From: Octopus bimaculoides
Taxonomy: Eukaryota
Direction of reading: 5' to 3'
DNA length: 64,000 bases
Assembly: GCF_001194135.2 (NCBI RefSeq)
Contig: NC_068981.1
Coordinates: 149,123,452 to 149,187,451 of the forward strand
In this document: one piece after another, positions 63,775 to 64,000 of the stretch
Layout of the letters: each line of letters opens with the position of its first letter
Numbering within the stretch: position 1 is the first letter of the stretch
Position numbers and translations under genes: made by a program
Notes under the pieces: generated by a model
The model's input: the letters and a program-made list of their open reading frames with translations, nothing else
The model's database searches: none
Told to the model about the DNA's origin: nothing

Positions 63775-63954
63775 GTGTGACGATATCAGTATGTGTGACG
63801 ATATCAGTATGTGTGACGATATCAGTATGTGTGACGATATCAGTATGTGTGACGATATCAGTATGTGTGACGATATCAGTATGTGTGACGATATCAGTAT
63901 GTGTGACGATATCAGTATGTGTGACGATATCAGTATGTGTGACGATATCAGTAC
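63775..63954. repeat. Minisatellite, 10 x 18 bp (GTGTGACGATATCAGTAT)
   Basis: Ten consecutive units, identical except the last base of the last unit. Confidence 0.95.
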
Positions 63955-64000
63955 GTATCGGCAAACAATTTGTTGATGTTATAAACAAGTGTCTCGAACC

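Noticed and set aside
63775-63954. CRISPR-like array
   Set aside because: Contiguous identical units with no spacers, in a eukaryotic context with no cas genes.
1355-63988. Nearly all ORF-track entries (poly YI, HT, VC, LS, R/E, N, X)
   Set aside because: Read-through of di-, tri- and tetranucleotide microsatellites, SINE interiors or N gaps; no coding signal.

Overview
64 kb of AT-rich, repeat-dense animal DNA from a gappy draft assembly, with 18 N-runs, nearly all bordered by (TA)n, (CA)n or (GA)n tracts. The SINE families and microsatellite load strongly suggest an octopus/coleoid cephalopod; this is recognition from memory, not a search result. I can support no complete protein-coding gene, tRNA/rRNA gene or CRISPR array, and most ORF-track entries are microsatellite or N read-through. 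The window holds dozens of tRNA-derived SINEs in at least four families and decayed transposons: a DD37D maT-type, a DD34D mariner, RTE, RLE-type non-LTR and Penelope-like remnants. It also holds hAT and mariner MITEs and a few candidate short exons. Five items stand out. (1) A 283-bp element closed by a perfect 38-bp inverted repeat carries a type I hammerhead ribozyme fold (52.5 kb), and three further hammerhead-like motifs occur elsewhere. (2) Two GGATC-terminated, 8-bp-TSD fold-back transposons carry TTAGGG/CCCTAA arrays (44.6-46.8 kb). (3) A perfect pre-miRNA-sized hairpin lies at 61.2 kb. (4) A 184-bp palindrome lies at 55.6 kb. (5) An old diverged duplication (2.2-2.9 kb vs 12.4-12.7 kb) preserves a splice acceptor and reading frame.
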